64,000 bases of DNA from Isurus oxyrinchus (taxonomy: Eukaryota): positions 2,046,001 to 2,110,000 of the forward strand of contig JANJGN010000071.1 in assembly GCA_026770705.1 (NCBI GenBank). Reading direction: 5' to 3'. Shown here piece after piece: positions 11,901-24,355 of the stretch (positions within the stretch are counted from its first letter, which is position 1; each line of letters begins with the position of its first letter). A program made the translations under genes and the position numbers. The notes below the pieces were generated by a model. That model searched no databases and was not told the origin of the DNA. It worked only from the letters and a program-made list of their open reading frames with translations.

Positions 11901-12395
11901 GCAAGACTCGATAACCAATGAAGCAGTTTCGAAGTGAGCTCACTGTTGTCATGTAGGAAACGCAACAGTTGATTTGTACACAGCAAGATCCCACAAACAA
12001 CAGCGTGAAATTGAGGTGATAATTGATTATTTTAGTGAGGTTATTTGATACATATATATATAGAAATTACATATATAATGTGGGTCACTAATGACCCTTA
12101 AGGGAGGGAAACCTGTCCATTTTAACAGGTCTGGGTGTATATGTGACTCCAGTCTCAGACACCATCATGGTTAACTCTTACCTGCCCTCTGAACTGGTCT
12201 CCCAGTTTGGGACAAACCAGTGGTTCAGGAGGAAGACTCCCCACCAGCTTCTCAAGGGGAAACTAGGGATGGACAATAAATGTCAGCATTGCCCGAGAAT
12301 GAGTATTTAAACACTGAGTGAGTGTATCGCTTCTCGAGATACATTGGAGCATCATTGTAAACCTGTAGTGCAGTAATTAATGGCTGTTTTTACAG

Positions 12396-12492
12396 GTAGA
12401 GACTCCAGTAAATGGACAGTAGGATTGTTCACGGCTGGGATCATGTTGAGTGTTTTCCTGGCTGGAATCTTCATCTTCATCTGTGTGAGAAA
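12396..12492 (+). CDS. Gene A transmembrane exon (GRDSSKWTVGLFTAGIMLSVFLAGIFIFICVRK)
   Basis: TTTTTACAG| and AA|GTAAGT; hydrophobic helix with no charged residue; near-identical exon at 33834-33930. Confidence 0.88.
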
Positions 12493-12639
12493 GTAAGTCT
12501 GAAGATTTAACTTGATTTTAATATAAACATTTGTTGAGGACTAATTGGACAGTTTTTACAAAGGGCCAGCACAGGCACGATGGGCTGAGTGGCTTCCTCC
12601 TGAGCTGTGAGATTTTAAATTCTTTAATCAAATGTGACT

Positions 12640-13085
12640 GTCACTGGGGAGGCCGTTATTAACTTGCCCATCTCTAATTGCCCCTTGAGAAGGTGGTGGT
12701 GAGCTGCCTTCTTGACCCGCTGCGGTCCATGTGGTGTAGGTACACCCACAGTGCTGTTAGAGAGGGAGTTCCAGGATGTTAACCCAGCGACAGTGAAGGA
12801 ACGGTGATATATTTCCAAGTCAGGATGGTGAGTGACTTGGAGGGGAACTTCCAGGTGGTGGTGTTCCCATGTGTCTGCTGCCCTTGTCCTTCTAGATGGT
12901 AGAGGTCGTGGTTTTGGAAGGTGCTGTTGAAGGAGTCTTGCTGAGTTGCTGCAGTGCATCTTGTAGATGGTACACACACTGCTGCCACTGTGTGTTCATG
13001 GTGGAGGGAGTGAATGTTTAATGTGGTGGATGGGGTGTCGATCAATCGGGCTGCTTTGTTGTTGATGGTGTCGAGATTCTAGATT
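12640..13085 (-). mobile_element. CR1-family LINE 3' end
   Basis: Reverse complement of the element end at 38230-38590 (peptides HGNTTTWKFPSKSLTILTWKYI shared). Confidence 0.75.
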
Positions 13086-13215
13086 CTGTGCTTTGTGCAG
13101 TAGTGATTTAAAGAGACAGTCCCAGTCATTGGTGTAAGTTACAGTGGGCTCTGTGTCTGTGCTGCACTGACTCTCTGCTATATGATAACCACAGTGTGAT
13201 ATTGTGTTATTGCAG

Positions 13216-13297
13216 GAGAAGGACAGCAATGGAGGAGAGAGTTTCAGGGACCAGAGACATTGCATTGACCCTCAGTTCACTCTCTGTGAACCACCAG
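13216..13297 (+). CDS. Gene A cytoplasmic exon 1 (RRTAMEERVSGTRDIALTLSSLSVNHQ)
   Basis: TTGCAG| and CAG|GTACAG, phase 2 to 0; conserved in gene B (34624-34705). Confidence 0.75.
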
Positions 13298-13432
13298 GTA
13301 CAGGAGCTGTTTACACTCACTCCAAAGCTTCAATCTCAGTGTGTAGACAACACATGTCCCAGATTCCCAGCCCAGTTACCCACTGATTTGTACCTGTGGA
13401 GTCAGCAATGGTTCAGTATCATGCTGTCTCTC

Positions 13433-14171
13433 TGTTATGACACAGCAACTGGTAAAGGCTGTTGTTTAAAATCCCAGAGGAAACTTTAAACAACTGTCAT
13501 AACCTATATTTCCCAGTGGAATGTTTGAGATGCAGCTCTAAATTCAGGAATAAGAGCACCAGTTCTCGACATGGGTGTTATATCAAACTACATGAGACAT
13601 TTATTAATTTACACAAGTTAAACATATGCACATGGCTACAAGCGAGTATTATCATAACTTTTTAACAAATTCCCAAACTAATCTCCTCTAAGACAACCCA
13701 TAGACTTTAAGCAGACACCAGGCAAAGCATTTTCACCTCACAAATTCCAAATGAGGTTCCTTTCACTTTGGTTCCTTTGCAGACAGATGTAGGCTTACAG
13801 CTGCTTTGATGTTACAAGCCTCTGCTCTGCACACACAAAACTGCTCAAGTTATACCCAATGCTTCTCTTTGAATGTAAATTCTCATTGAATCATCAGGAC
13901 CTTTGAACTCCACCCTTCATCGTATCAATTTTATTAGTAATATAAACATTGATTCGTTTAAGATTTCACTCCCAGACATTGAATGCTCTGTTTAAAAATG
14001 GAAATTACCCCTTTACCTCTTTGTTTACATCTCAAAACTACTTGACATCAAAGTACCCGGACTGGCTGGCTTTAATCCAATTAAAACACTCACACACACA
14101 CACCCACAGACTAAACCTCTGTTTAAAAAGACAATTTCCAATTACATTACATACATTAATAGATTAATAAC
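13433..14171. mobile_element. Solo LTR-like insertion in a gene A intron
   Basis: TGTTAT...ATAACA termini; related to 17230-18060; gene B has the empty site (~34835-34850). Confidence 0.65.
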
Positions 14172-14529
14172 ACCCTATCTCTATCCCTTTCTCTCTTTCT
14201 CTTCCCTCTCATCCTCTCTCTGATTACAAGGTTCTTGTTAATGAGCCTCACGTCAGGTACCTGAATGCAGAATCCAAGCCGGCACTCGCCAGAGACATTA
14301 CCGAGGGAGTGCGAGACTGACAGAGGGTCAGTCCTGAGGGAGTGCTGCGCTGTCGGGGGTCAGTACTGAGGGAGTGCTGCCCTGTCATAGGTGGTTTCTT
14401 TTTTATGATATGAGAGAGAGAGTAAAACCAACTGAGACACGACTGACACTAATGAGGCTGCACAATAATTTAACCCTATCAGTGCCAGTAAATGATGTGA
14501 GGATGTCTTCTGTTTCCATTTCTCTGTAG

Positions 14530-14778
14530 GGTAAACAGAACGTGCTGATTACTGAGCCCCGGAACACAACCAGAGACACAACTAGCGAGGGGGAGACCCC
14601 AGCTCCCCGGGGTCTCTCTGAAGGTCCAGTGGGAGGTGGTGCTGGACATGGGAACCCTGACAATCCCAACGACCTTCTCTACGCCAATCCTCAAGTCTTC
14701 AGGGTGCGCAGTGGTGATGGGACTGTCCACAAGGAAGAGGAGACGGAATACGCACAGATCAGATTCAAGCGAAACTGA
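14530..14778 (+). CDS. Gene A terminal exon with degenerate ITIM (LLYANP) and ITSM-like TEYAQI
   Basis: TTTCTCTGTAG|GGT AAA CAG, phase 0; ends EEETEYAQIRFKRN-TGA, like the distal TEYSEI motif of CD33-related Siglecs. Confidence 0.85.
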   Translation, partial: GKQNVLITEPRNTTRDTTSEGETPAPRGLSEGPVGGGAGHGNPDNPNDLLYANPQVFRVRSGDGTVHKEEETEYAQIRFKRN

Positions 14779-16499
14779 GTGTGATACGGAGAGAGGGGGT
14801 GAGGAGGTTTGTGGGTGGGGGCAGGGATTGTGATTCCTTGGAACATGAGACAACCCACTGGGGGAGAGGGGGAGAGAGGGAGGAAGGGACTGAATGGGTC
14901 TGTGGTTGGTGTGGTTTGGAATGAAATGTTTCCCCAGAGACGACTTGATGCTGAGTCATTGGGGACAGAGATTCAGTGTCTCTCTCTCTCCCAGTCTGTC
15001 TCTCTATCTCTCTCTCCTTCTCTGTCTGTCTCTCTCTGTCTCTCTCCCTCTGCATCTCTGTCTATCTCTCTCCTCCTTTAACATGGTCCTTATTAACTGG
15101 TTTTGTTAACTCAGCTTTTTGTCACCTGTCCCTTATATCTCATTATTTGTCTCAGAGATGGATTTATATGTGGTTAACAATCCCCTGAAGAGTTTTGGGA
15201 CAGTGTGCTACTTTAAGTGTGCTATATAAATGCAAGTTGTTGTAGTAACGTTGATCTGCCTCGATTCAGAATGGAAACACGGAGAATCCTTCGACAGGGC
15301 GTGTGTGCAACAGGCTCGCAATAAATGCATTGCACGGCAACAACTAAGCATGTCCGTTGATGCTGATGCATCCCAGTCCTGCTGTGTGGACACATCACAA
15401 CCGAGGGACTGCCTGACTGCGTGCAGCTAACATGGCAGAGTAGTAATTAGCAGAAATGTGACGTCACTGAACTTTGTTAACATTTCAGAATGTGCTTTCT
15501 GAATTCTGCAACGTGTTTATTCTGTGATAAATTAAAAGAAGCTTTTGCATTTTCTATAATATTACATTTATTGTCACAAGGGATTGAAATGCCCAGACAA
15601 CACTGTACAGATATATTTTTATTAAACAGCTTACTCTGGGACAACCCCCCTGCTCCAATCTGTTAATTCATGTCATTGCATTTCCCCACCAAATTATGTA
15701 AATTCATGTGTCCACATTTATCATGAAAATTTCCCATGTAAACATGTCACACTGTACTTACACTCTCTTGCCAGTGGTGGTGCTGTAAGCACACCAGATA
15801 CTTTCTCAGCGATTGCAGCACATCTCCCAGTTGTCTTTACAATATTATTAAGATACAGGGAATGGGGACAATCTTCACACTGTGGTTACGATGTTGTTAA
15901 GACAGATAGCTGGTGAAACCTCCCCCCCCCACTCCCGAGGCAGAATCTGTTCTGGCTGTGAGACCCCCACACTTATCCCATGCCCCCTGTTCATTTCTCC
16001 ATCCCTGCTCTAACTTAGCGCTTTTGGACATGAAGGGCGGGGCCCACAGGAAAGTGTGGAAGGGCTGCCCATCGCAGCTGGAACATGGAACCTGGCAGGT
16101 CTCCCAGGATAGAATGGCGGAGTGGGGGAGGGGGAGCAGTGGGGTCAATATCCACACCCTCCAGGAGGGCAGCATCACTCATCAGGGAAACGCAGGGCCG
16201 AATGCCCCTCCACCCGGAACGCTGTCCACCATGATTTCAACGTCCTTCACCGGAAGCCTTTTGATGGTTGCCGTGGCCAGATTTCAATCGGCCGCTTGGT
16301 CACCATTGGTCCAAGCAGTCACTAAGCACCCACCTCTGCCCGCCCCTTCGCACTCATTCTGCAGCCACATCTTATGCGAGCAGGCCTTAATTAGCCCGGC
16401 CGCGTAAAATCGCAGCGCGGAGCTGATCGCGGGCAATAGTCGGATTCCTCACCGCCCCCAGCCCTGTGCACCCCTGCCGAGGGCAAAAATCTGACCTGA

Positions 16500-18490
16500 A
16501 GGATCCCAGCAGAATAATAAAGAGGCAGAAATGATGATATGAGAGTAAACTAGCAAGAACCATAAACAATGACAGTGAGATGTTGTACATTAAAATAAGA
16601 GAGAAGCTACTGTAATAATGGGACACATAGAAAATCAGACTGGGGAATTAATAATGGGAAACAAGGAAATGACAGAGACTTTCAACAAGAATTTTGTGTC
16701 TGTCTTCACAGTAAAAATCTCTAAAACCATCCCAATAGCAGGAGAAAGTCACGGTGCAACAAGGAGGGAGGAACATAAAACAATCACTATCACCAGAGAA
16801 AAAGTATTAAGAAAACTAATGAGACAAATGCTGACAAGTCCCATGGAGCAGACGGCCTGAATGTGAGGGTCTGAAAGGAAATGGCTGCAGAGACGGTGGA
16901 TGCATTGGTTGTAATCTTCCAGAATTCCTTAGATTATGGGAAGGTCCCAGCGGATTGGATAAACATAAATGAAACATTTCTGTTCAATAAAGGGAGGAGG
17001 CAGAAAGCAAGAAACTACAGGTCAGTTAGTCTAACATCTGTCAATGGGAAAATACCAGAATTCATTATGAAGGAGGGAGCAGCAGGACATTTAGAAATCC
17101 ATAATTCAATCAGACAGAGTCAACATGGGTTTGTGAAAGGGATATCATGTTTGAAAAAATAATTAGATTTCCTCGAGGATGTAACAAGTGGATTGGATAA
17201 AGGGGAACCTGTAGATGTGGTGTATTAGGGACTATGACACAGCCAAGGGTAAAGGCTGAGTTGTTCAAATCCCAGAGGGAAAATTGAAACAACTGTCATA
17301 ACCTAATTTTGCTATTTGTAATTTCGAGATGAAGTCGTTGAATTCAGTAGGAATAAGACCACGGAGGCTTGTGGGTTTTTTTATATAAAACTAAATAAAC
17401 CATTTATTAATTTAACAACAAAATTAACACATACACATTGGCTACAAATAACTATTATAATAACTTTTTAACAAATCACCAAATTAATCAACCCCACGTA
17501 AATCTCTACTAAGGCAACAATGAACCATTGACATAATATAGACACCAGGCAAAGCACATTTGACATTACGAGTTCCGAATGAGGTTCCTTTGCAAGTTGG
17601 TTGGAGGCTACAGGCTGGTTCGGTCTGAAATGCTCCTGCCTCACACACACAAACTCCTTCCTTTATATAGCTAGCTTTCCCTTTGAATGTAAATTTTCCA
17701 TTGTATCACTCGGTCTTCTGAACTCCAGCTCTTCGAACAATAAAACCCCCTTTCATAGCACCAATTTCATTAGTAAGTTCAAGAAAAAACACATCTTTTG
17801 GCTCCTTCTAACTAGGTGCAAGACTTTACCCCCAGTCTGGAATGGTTTATTCAACAATTGCAAATGAACACTTTACTGTTCTCCTCACAATTCACCCAAT
17901 TAACATCTCAAAACTACTAAACATCAAAGCACACAGACCAGCTGGCTTTAATCCAATTAAGACACACACAGACACACCCCTATACATGGACCACCACTAG
18001 AATTCTATTTGAAAATATTATTTCCAAGCACACGTTACACACAAATATCTCTTCATGACATTGCATTTCCAAAAGGCTTTCGATAAGGTGCCACATCAAA
18101 GGATACTGCACAGGGTGAAATTGGATGGTGTTGGGGGGGATATATTAATATGGATAGAGGACTGGCTAACTGACAGGAAACAGAGAGCCAGGATAAATGG
18201 GTGATTTTCAGCTTGGTAAACTGTAACTAGTGGAGAGCCACAGGGATCAGTGCTGAGGCCTCAACTATTCACAATCTACATTAGTGACTTGGATGAAGGG
18301 ACTGACTGTACTGTAGGCAGATTTTCTGACTGTGTGGTGAAGATAGGTAGGAAATATATAAGCTGGGCAGGAAAGCAAGTTGTGAGGAGGACACAAAGAG
18401 GCTGCAGAGGGAGATAAATAGTTTCCGTGAGTGGATAAAATAATGAGTGGATGGAATATAAAGAATGAAAATGTCAGGGTGTCCAGCTGA
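16500..18490 (+). mobile_element. CR1-like LINE ORF2 fragment with a nested LTR-like insert at ~17230-18060
   Basis: Peptides LVVIFQNSLDYGKVPADW...NYRSVSLTS...QSQHGFVKG; the RT motif VDVVY|LxFQKAFDKVPH is split by the insert. Confidence 0.85.
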
Positions 18491-18574
18491 TCCTACTTGT
18501 TCTGTTCTTATATTCTTATACAGACACAGGGTTTACTGACAGTGCACAGCAAAGTGCTGTTCTCCCACTTTGTT

Positions 18575-18717
18575 CCAGCTTCCTCATTTTGACTCACTGA
18601 GACACATCAGCTCTTTCTAATTAAATACACAGAGGGAGCAGCACAGGAAGAGGTCATTCAGCCCAAGCAGAGCGTGTGGGCAGTTCCTCCCCAGGCGAGC
18701 AGTCGGACAGGTCCTGG
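18575..18717 (+). promoter_or_regulatory. Putative promoter and non-coding first exon of Siglec-like gene B
   Basis: Near-identical to 2650-2795; CTTCCTCATT ETS-like site; donor GTAAGT at 18718. Confidence 0.6.
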
Positions 18718-19149
18718 GTAAGTAACAGAACGATTGGAATTCACTTCCACGACCAACACCGTCCTTTGTTGATGTTGTGACTTTATAAAGACAGATTCCA
18801 ATGATCGATGCCTTTGAAAGATTTCTACTGATTATTGAGATCTGGGTGTGAGGCTCAAGTCTGTTGTACAGAACATCTTTCTAGCTCAAGGGACATGAGC
18901 TTGGGGCATCCTGAGGTGGTGAAAGGTGCTATAGAAATGCAAGTCCTTCATTGTTTTTCTTTCTGAAAGCCTTGTAACTCTCTGCAGAACACCTATCATC
19001 CCACAGAGAATCAAATTAGTCTGTGAAGATATTGTCTAAAAGCAGTTCTGATCTCTCGAGAGCATTCGGACAAGAGGTGAAGTCTCATTAACTCCTTTCT
19101 CTTTCAGAACTTCAGAGTTAGATGCTGAGGAAATATCTGGGAGCAGACA

Positions 19150-19189
19150 ATGATCGGGAAATCTTACTTCCTCCTGTCACTTCTCCAAG
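19150..19189 (+). CDS. Gene B signal-peptide exon (MIGKSYFLLSLLQ-)
   Basis: Acceptor ending 19107, ATG at 19150, donor AAG|GTAAGA. Confidence 0.8.
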
Positions 19190-20064
19190 GTAAGATCATC
19201 ATCAGCTCGGACAGATTTATGGTTAATAGTCTTTGTAAAAGAACATTCTTATTGACCTCTAATTGGGAACTGATTTAGCAGTGAGCCAGTGTACAAACTC
19301 ACACTATGTCCCATTCATCCATCACCCCTGTGCTCACTGATATACACTGACTCCCTGTCTGACAGCAGAATTGGAGGACAGCAGAGGCCTTGGAGGGTTG
19401 TAGGGGCTGGAGGAGTGTACAGGGATAGGCAGGTTTGTAGCAGCGAGAGCAGAATCTCAAAATTCAGGTGCTGTCAGACGTTGGTCAGTGAGCAATGGGG
19501 ATTGATGGATTGAATAGAGAAGCAGGGATAAAACCTGGTGGGTGAAGCCTATCCTAATGAGAGTTATCCGATAGCAATAACCTGAAATTTGTATCCTTTG
19601 CTGCCTTTATTCAAAACTTCCCATGAAGACAGCACAGCAGCTCCTAGAATAGACAGGCTGTTCAGTGTCACACTTCCTGTCCATTCTCACCTTGCTAGAT
19701 ACTTCAATAAGGGAGCAAGATAACTGAAAGAGAGAAGGAAGGGAAAGCTGTCTGTGTGTAAAACTGTCAAATATTCTGAGTTATCATGAGTGTCTCTGAT
19801 CTGCTGCAGAGTTTAAATTTCACAGAATCTGGGCACTTTGCAGCTCAGAGAGAGACCATTGACTCACTGCCTGAAAGAGCGGTGGAAGCAGATTCAACAG
19901 GAACTTTCAGAAGGGGAACTGGATAAATACTTGAAGGGAAATTTGCAGGGATGTGCGAAAGGTGCTGGAGAGGAATTGGGAAAGAGCCAGCACATGCACG
20001 ATGGGTCAAATGAGCTCCTCCTCTGTTGTATCATTCAACAATCAGACAATTTAAGACCCTTGTC

Positions 20065-21260
20065 AGCAAATCTTCAGAATCCTGCTGAATCACAGATGTT
20101 TCAGAAGGACAGGGAACAAGAAGTTTCTGGTATCAGCATTTCATGTGGGGCCCAGTTCAGTTTGAACAAAAAAAATGACAACAGCATCTTTGAAAGTCAT
20201 GAACCCACCACAGCGGCAACTCCGACACATGCAGAGCTCAGGCTAGAGGCGCTTTGTTAGTGTGTTTCACAGTGTCTGCTGGAGTAGGGTCAGTGCTGAG
20301 CTTGGGGACAAGTCAGTCTACAATGCTGCATCGGAATCAACAATACAACAATATGGGGTTTGGATCAGAAATAATCCCTTAGACAATGAGGATCCAAAGA
20401 GATTCCTGAGACAATGAGAATCCAAAGAGATTCCTTATTCCATTGGTTGTCTAACTGGGGTTCATGATTTTCCAAGGGGTCCTTGGCAGAATCAAATTAT
20501 CGAGCAATAGTGTGTAAAATACCGGAGAGAACGGGAAAGGTGGGATCAATGGAAAACTGTTCACTCTGTTTACACTAATGGGAGTTAGTCTCAGTAATGG
20601 AGACCATGAAACTATCATCGATTGTCATACACACCCATCTGGTTCACTAATGGCCTTTAGGGAAGGAAATCTGCCGTCTATATCTGGTCTGGCCTACATG
20701 TGACTCCAGACTCATAGCAATGTGGTTCCTCTGAAATGTCCGAGCAAACCATCCAGTTCTCACCATGCTAGAAACTTCAATAAGGGAGTAAGATAACTGA
20801 AAGAGAGAAGGAAGGTAAAGCTGCTCATGTGGATAGATGTCAAATATCCTGAGTGATCATGATTGTCTCTACTCTGCTACAGAGATTATGTCACGGGACA
20901 TTAGAGATGGGCAGTAAATGCTGGCCTTGGCAGCGACGCCCACATCCCATGAATGAATACATTTACAAAATCTTATTACTTGGAAGGTGCAAGTGCAGGT
21001 TGTTATGATCCTTGAGCAGACCCTCTCAGCACTGACCCTACTCCAGCAGACCCTGTGAAACACACTAACAAAGCGCCTCTCGCCTGAGCTCTGCATGTGT
21101 CGGAGGTGCCGCTGTGGTGGGTTCATGACTTTCAAAGATGGTGTTGTTTATTTGTTCAAACTGAACTGGGCCCCACACAAAACGCTGATACCAGAAACCT
21201 CTTGTTCCCTGTCCTTCTGAAATATCCGTGACTTCAGCAGGATTCTGAAGAGTTGCTGAT
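20065..21260. repeat. ~240-bp inverted repeat (20065-20300 / 21025-21260) in the gene B intron between the signal and V exons
   Basis: Arms are reverse complements; ORFs 19838+ and 21065- share FESHEPTTAAxPTHAELR. Confidence 0.85.
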
Positions 21261-22121
21261 GGAGGAACAGACACCCAATTTTTTTTGATAATTTACAGTT
21301 AGGAACCAATAATATTTTGTTTCAAGTAGACGAGGTTTGAGATTTAAGACGCTTGCAAAGAGAATAAAGCTACAAGATTCCATGGCTTTTAAACAAACAA
21401 AAATAACTTTACCAGCTCAGAAAGATAAAATAATTCACAATATCCACCTTATACCCTAACATTCTGGATTAATATGAGCTCATGTGAATTAACAGGCAAA
21501 CTGTGGTCTCACAGCCACATTACTCATTAAATTGTAAACGCAACCAAGATAGAGCCCAGGGATTTCACAACAACCCACCCGGACATCAGTGAACACTGTC
21601 AGTCAACCAATCTCACTGAAACTCTGTTTCTCTCATGAGGGATTCCAATCTTCAACTTCGAAGATCTTGCCTTGGAATTCTCTCCAAAAGTCGCTTCAAC
21701 TCGGATGGCCTCAGTGACGTTCCACCTCACAGGGTTTCCATCTCTTCTCCTGAGGCTCCATTGCCCTGGATTCCCCACTATATACTCAAGTACCACTAGG
21801 TTTAGATGAAAGGTTTTGATTGACTGGGTAGAGAGAGAATGTTGCCTCTTGTGGGCAGGAGAATAACTAGAGGCCGAGTGATTGGTAATTCCTTAAACAT
21901 TGAAGAGGGAATGAACACCAATCAGATTGAATCAGATTAGCCAATCAGCTGTGTTGAAGAGCAGACAGGAATGTTAGGCTAATTAGTGATTCATGACGGT
22001 GATAATGGGGGGAGTTCTGAGTGCTCCTAATCCATTGTCCTGTCTTGTAAATCAGCACTGAATGGATCTCAATTGGTGCGTCTTGTAGACACTGTGTTGG
22101 GTGGAAGACTGTCTTCACTAA

Positions 22122-22394
22122 GGGGAAGCGGTAGCAGAGAGGTATTGTCACTGGGCTAGTATTCCAGAGGCCCAGGGTGATGCTCTGGGGCCCTGGGTGT
22201 GAATCCCATCACAGCAGGTGAATGGGATTAAAAAGCCTGGTTCACTGATCACCTATAGGGAAGGAAATCTGCCACCCTTACCCAGTCTGGCCTACATGTC
22301 ACTTCAAACCCACAGCAATGTGGTTGACTCTTAAATACCTCTGATGGACATGGGATGGGCAATAAGTCCCATGAATGAATAATTTGAAAAAATT
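22122..22394 (+). mobile_element. tRNA-derived SINE inserted after the A/B duplication
   Basis: B-box-like GGTGTGAATCCC and CR1-like tail; flanked by CTAA on both sides; absent from the matching gene A site (~3925). Related copy at 54390-54740. Confidence 0.7.
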
Positions 22395-22615
22395 CTAAAC
22401 AGAGTCCTGAGGACCATGAGCCAATGTAGAATGAACTTGTCCACTCCTGCATCCAGGATTCTCTTCCATCCATTGTGAAACCTTGAGGAGTTCCTTGTGT
22501 GTCCTGTAGATGGTCCACACTGCAGCCAATGTGCCCCAGTGATGGAGGGGGTGGATATCAAGTCTAGTGGATCGAAAAAACATCCAGAATTAAGTATTGA
22601 TTTTTCTCTCCACAG

Positions 22616-22981
22616 TTGGACTGTCACAAGAGTGGAAAGGTGACACTCCACGAGAGGTGACAGCGCAGGAAGGTTCCTGTGTACAGATTCCATGTCATTA
22701 CAGTTATCCATCACATTTGGAAAAGCAACCACGAGTTGCAATCTGGTTTAATAATGAGGAATGGAGAACATCGTCTATAGCCTTTCACTCCAAGGATCAC
22801 AGTCACGAGTTACCACGGTTCCACCATCGGACCCGGCTGTCTGGAGACCTGAAAGATGGTGACTGTTCCCTGATTATAAACAACATCAGACGGGAAGATG
22901 AAGGACCTTATTTTTTCAGAATAGAATTTGACAGCAGAAATAAATACAGCTACTATCCTGTAACCCAGCTTCACGTTTCTG
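22616..22981 (+). CDS. Gene B Siglec V-set Ig domain exon
   Basis: CVQIPC...GDLKDGDCSL...PYFFRIEFDSRNKYSY; essential Arg and G-strand aromatic residue present; phase 1-1. Confidence 0.93.
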
Positions 22982-23839
22982 GTAAGTGCTGTGTTATAAT
23001 TACTCAACAATTCACTTTCAACTCTCAATGGGAAGTAACACAAACTGTGACGTTTACATATTAACACAAAACACAGCATATTATAACACACTGTCTAATT
23101 CTCAATAACCTGGTGATAGCTTCCAGTTCAGTTCTAAAGCAACCTCTAATACTCACTTTAATATCAATGATGAAAAGCATTAACTGTATTATCAGGTTAC
23201 CACTCCCATCAATCTCTCCTGTCCTGTTTAAAAGTCTGACGTATTAATAAAAGAAAGATGTGCATTTCTGCAGCGCAATTTACCACCTCAGGAGGATCCA
23301 AATCCCTTCACAGCCAATTAAATTATTCCTGAATTGTAGTCACAGATGTAAAACACAGCAGGCAGTTTGTGCACAGCAAGATCCAACAAACCACAAGGTG
23401 ATAAATCACCCAGATCACTGAGGAAATGAGAAGCCAGTGAACTCAAACCTCTGGTCTGATGAAGAGTCATACGAACTCGAAACGTTAACTCTGTCTTCCT
23501 CTCCACTGATACTGTCAGACCTGCTGAGTCTTTCCAGCAATTTTTGTTTTTGTTTCAGATTTCCAGCATCCGCAGTATTCTGCTTTTAACTCCAATCTCT
23601 GGTCTGAGCCTCTTCTCTCATCCAGTGTTCTCAATTCACATGTCTCGGAGTGAACGTGTATTAAGCTGAGAGACAGAAACACTACTGCCAAAGAGCAAGA
23701 AAATCTTTCCTGATCATTGTAACCTCTCAGTTCTGATATCATCCTTGTAAAAGTGCTTTCTCTTGTGGGACTATGATATCTATTTGAACTGATGCTTCAC
23801 GTTATATTTCTCTAAAAGGATCCATTCTCTGTCTGTTAG

Positions 23840-24136
23840 ATTTCACAGATAAACCCACGATATTCCCTGCTGAAATTATTGCAGGAAAGCGTGTGGATGT
23901 AAGCTGCACCTTCAACACAACGTGCAATGGAACAGCAGCACCTGTCTTAATCTGGGACACTCCCACTGACGTACCTGGATCAGTCTCAAACACTGTAACT
24001 CAGCATGGTGTCACTCTGACCTATACTTCTGTTCTGACCCTGATCCCATCACTCAAACACCACGGACACACTCTCAGCTGCAGAGTGAGATATCCATCTG
24101 TTTCATCGGAGCGGACCCTCGTACTAACTGTGCAAG
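23840..24136 (+). CDS. Gene B Siglec domain-2 (C2-set) exon
   Basis: DFTDKPTIFPAEIIAGKRVDVSCTFNTTCNG...SVLTLIPSLKHHGHTLSCRVRYP; has the extra Cys used for the Siglec D1-D2 disulfide; 297 nt, phase 1-1. Confidence 0.9.
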
Positions 24137-24355
24137 GTAAGAATGGACACCCTTCATTCTACATTAGCTAGAAGGCTCTACATAGTACATTGCAAGATCC
24201 CACAACTGCATTGTATTTAGCAACAAATCAATAGACTTTAACTGATACAAATTCACCTCTGACACTGCAGCAGTCCCTGAATACTGATTCTCCAACACTG
24301 CAGCACTCCCTCAGTACTGAGTCTTGTTCACAATGAAATCTTTAATTGTTCTTAG

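Larger units (their letters stand above)
3246..14778 (+). other. Siglec-like gene A (MAG/CD33-related architecture); possibly partly pseudogenised because the domain-2 exon is disrupted
   Basis: Coding exons 3246-3285, 4148-4516, (5202-5227 remnant), 8355-8636, 11000-11293, 12396-12492, 13216-13297, 14530-14778, with canonical AG/GT sites and compatible phases. Confidence 0.85.

Noticed and set aside
12396-12492. Genes A/B as a classical activating/inhibitory Siglec pair or Siglec-15
   Set aside because: Neither TM segment has the Lys/Arg needed for DAP12/FcR-gamma association.
14231-14256. Possible 26-nt cytoplasmic mini-exon in gene A (ACAAG|...CAG|GTACCT)
   Set aside because: Would shift the frame of the terminal exon; the flanking exons already join in phase 0; not conserved in gene B.
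22122-22230. tRNA gene
   Set aside because: Only a degenerate tRNA-like SINE head followed by a LINE-like tail; no intact cloverleaf.
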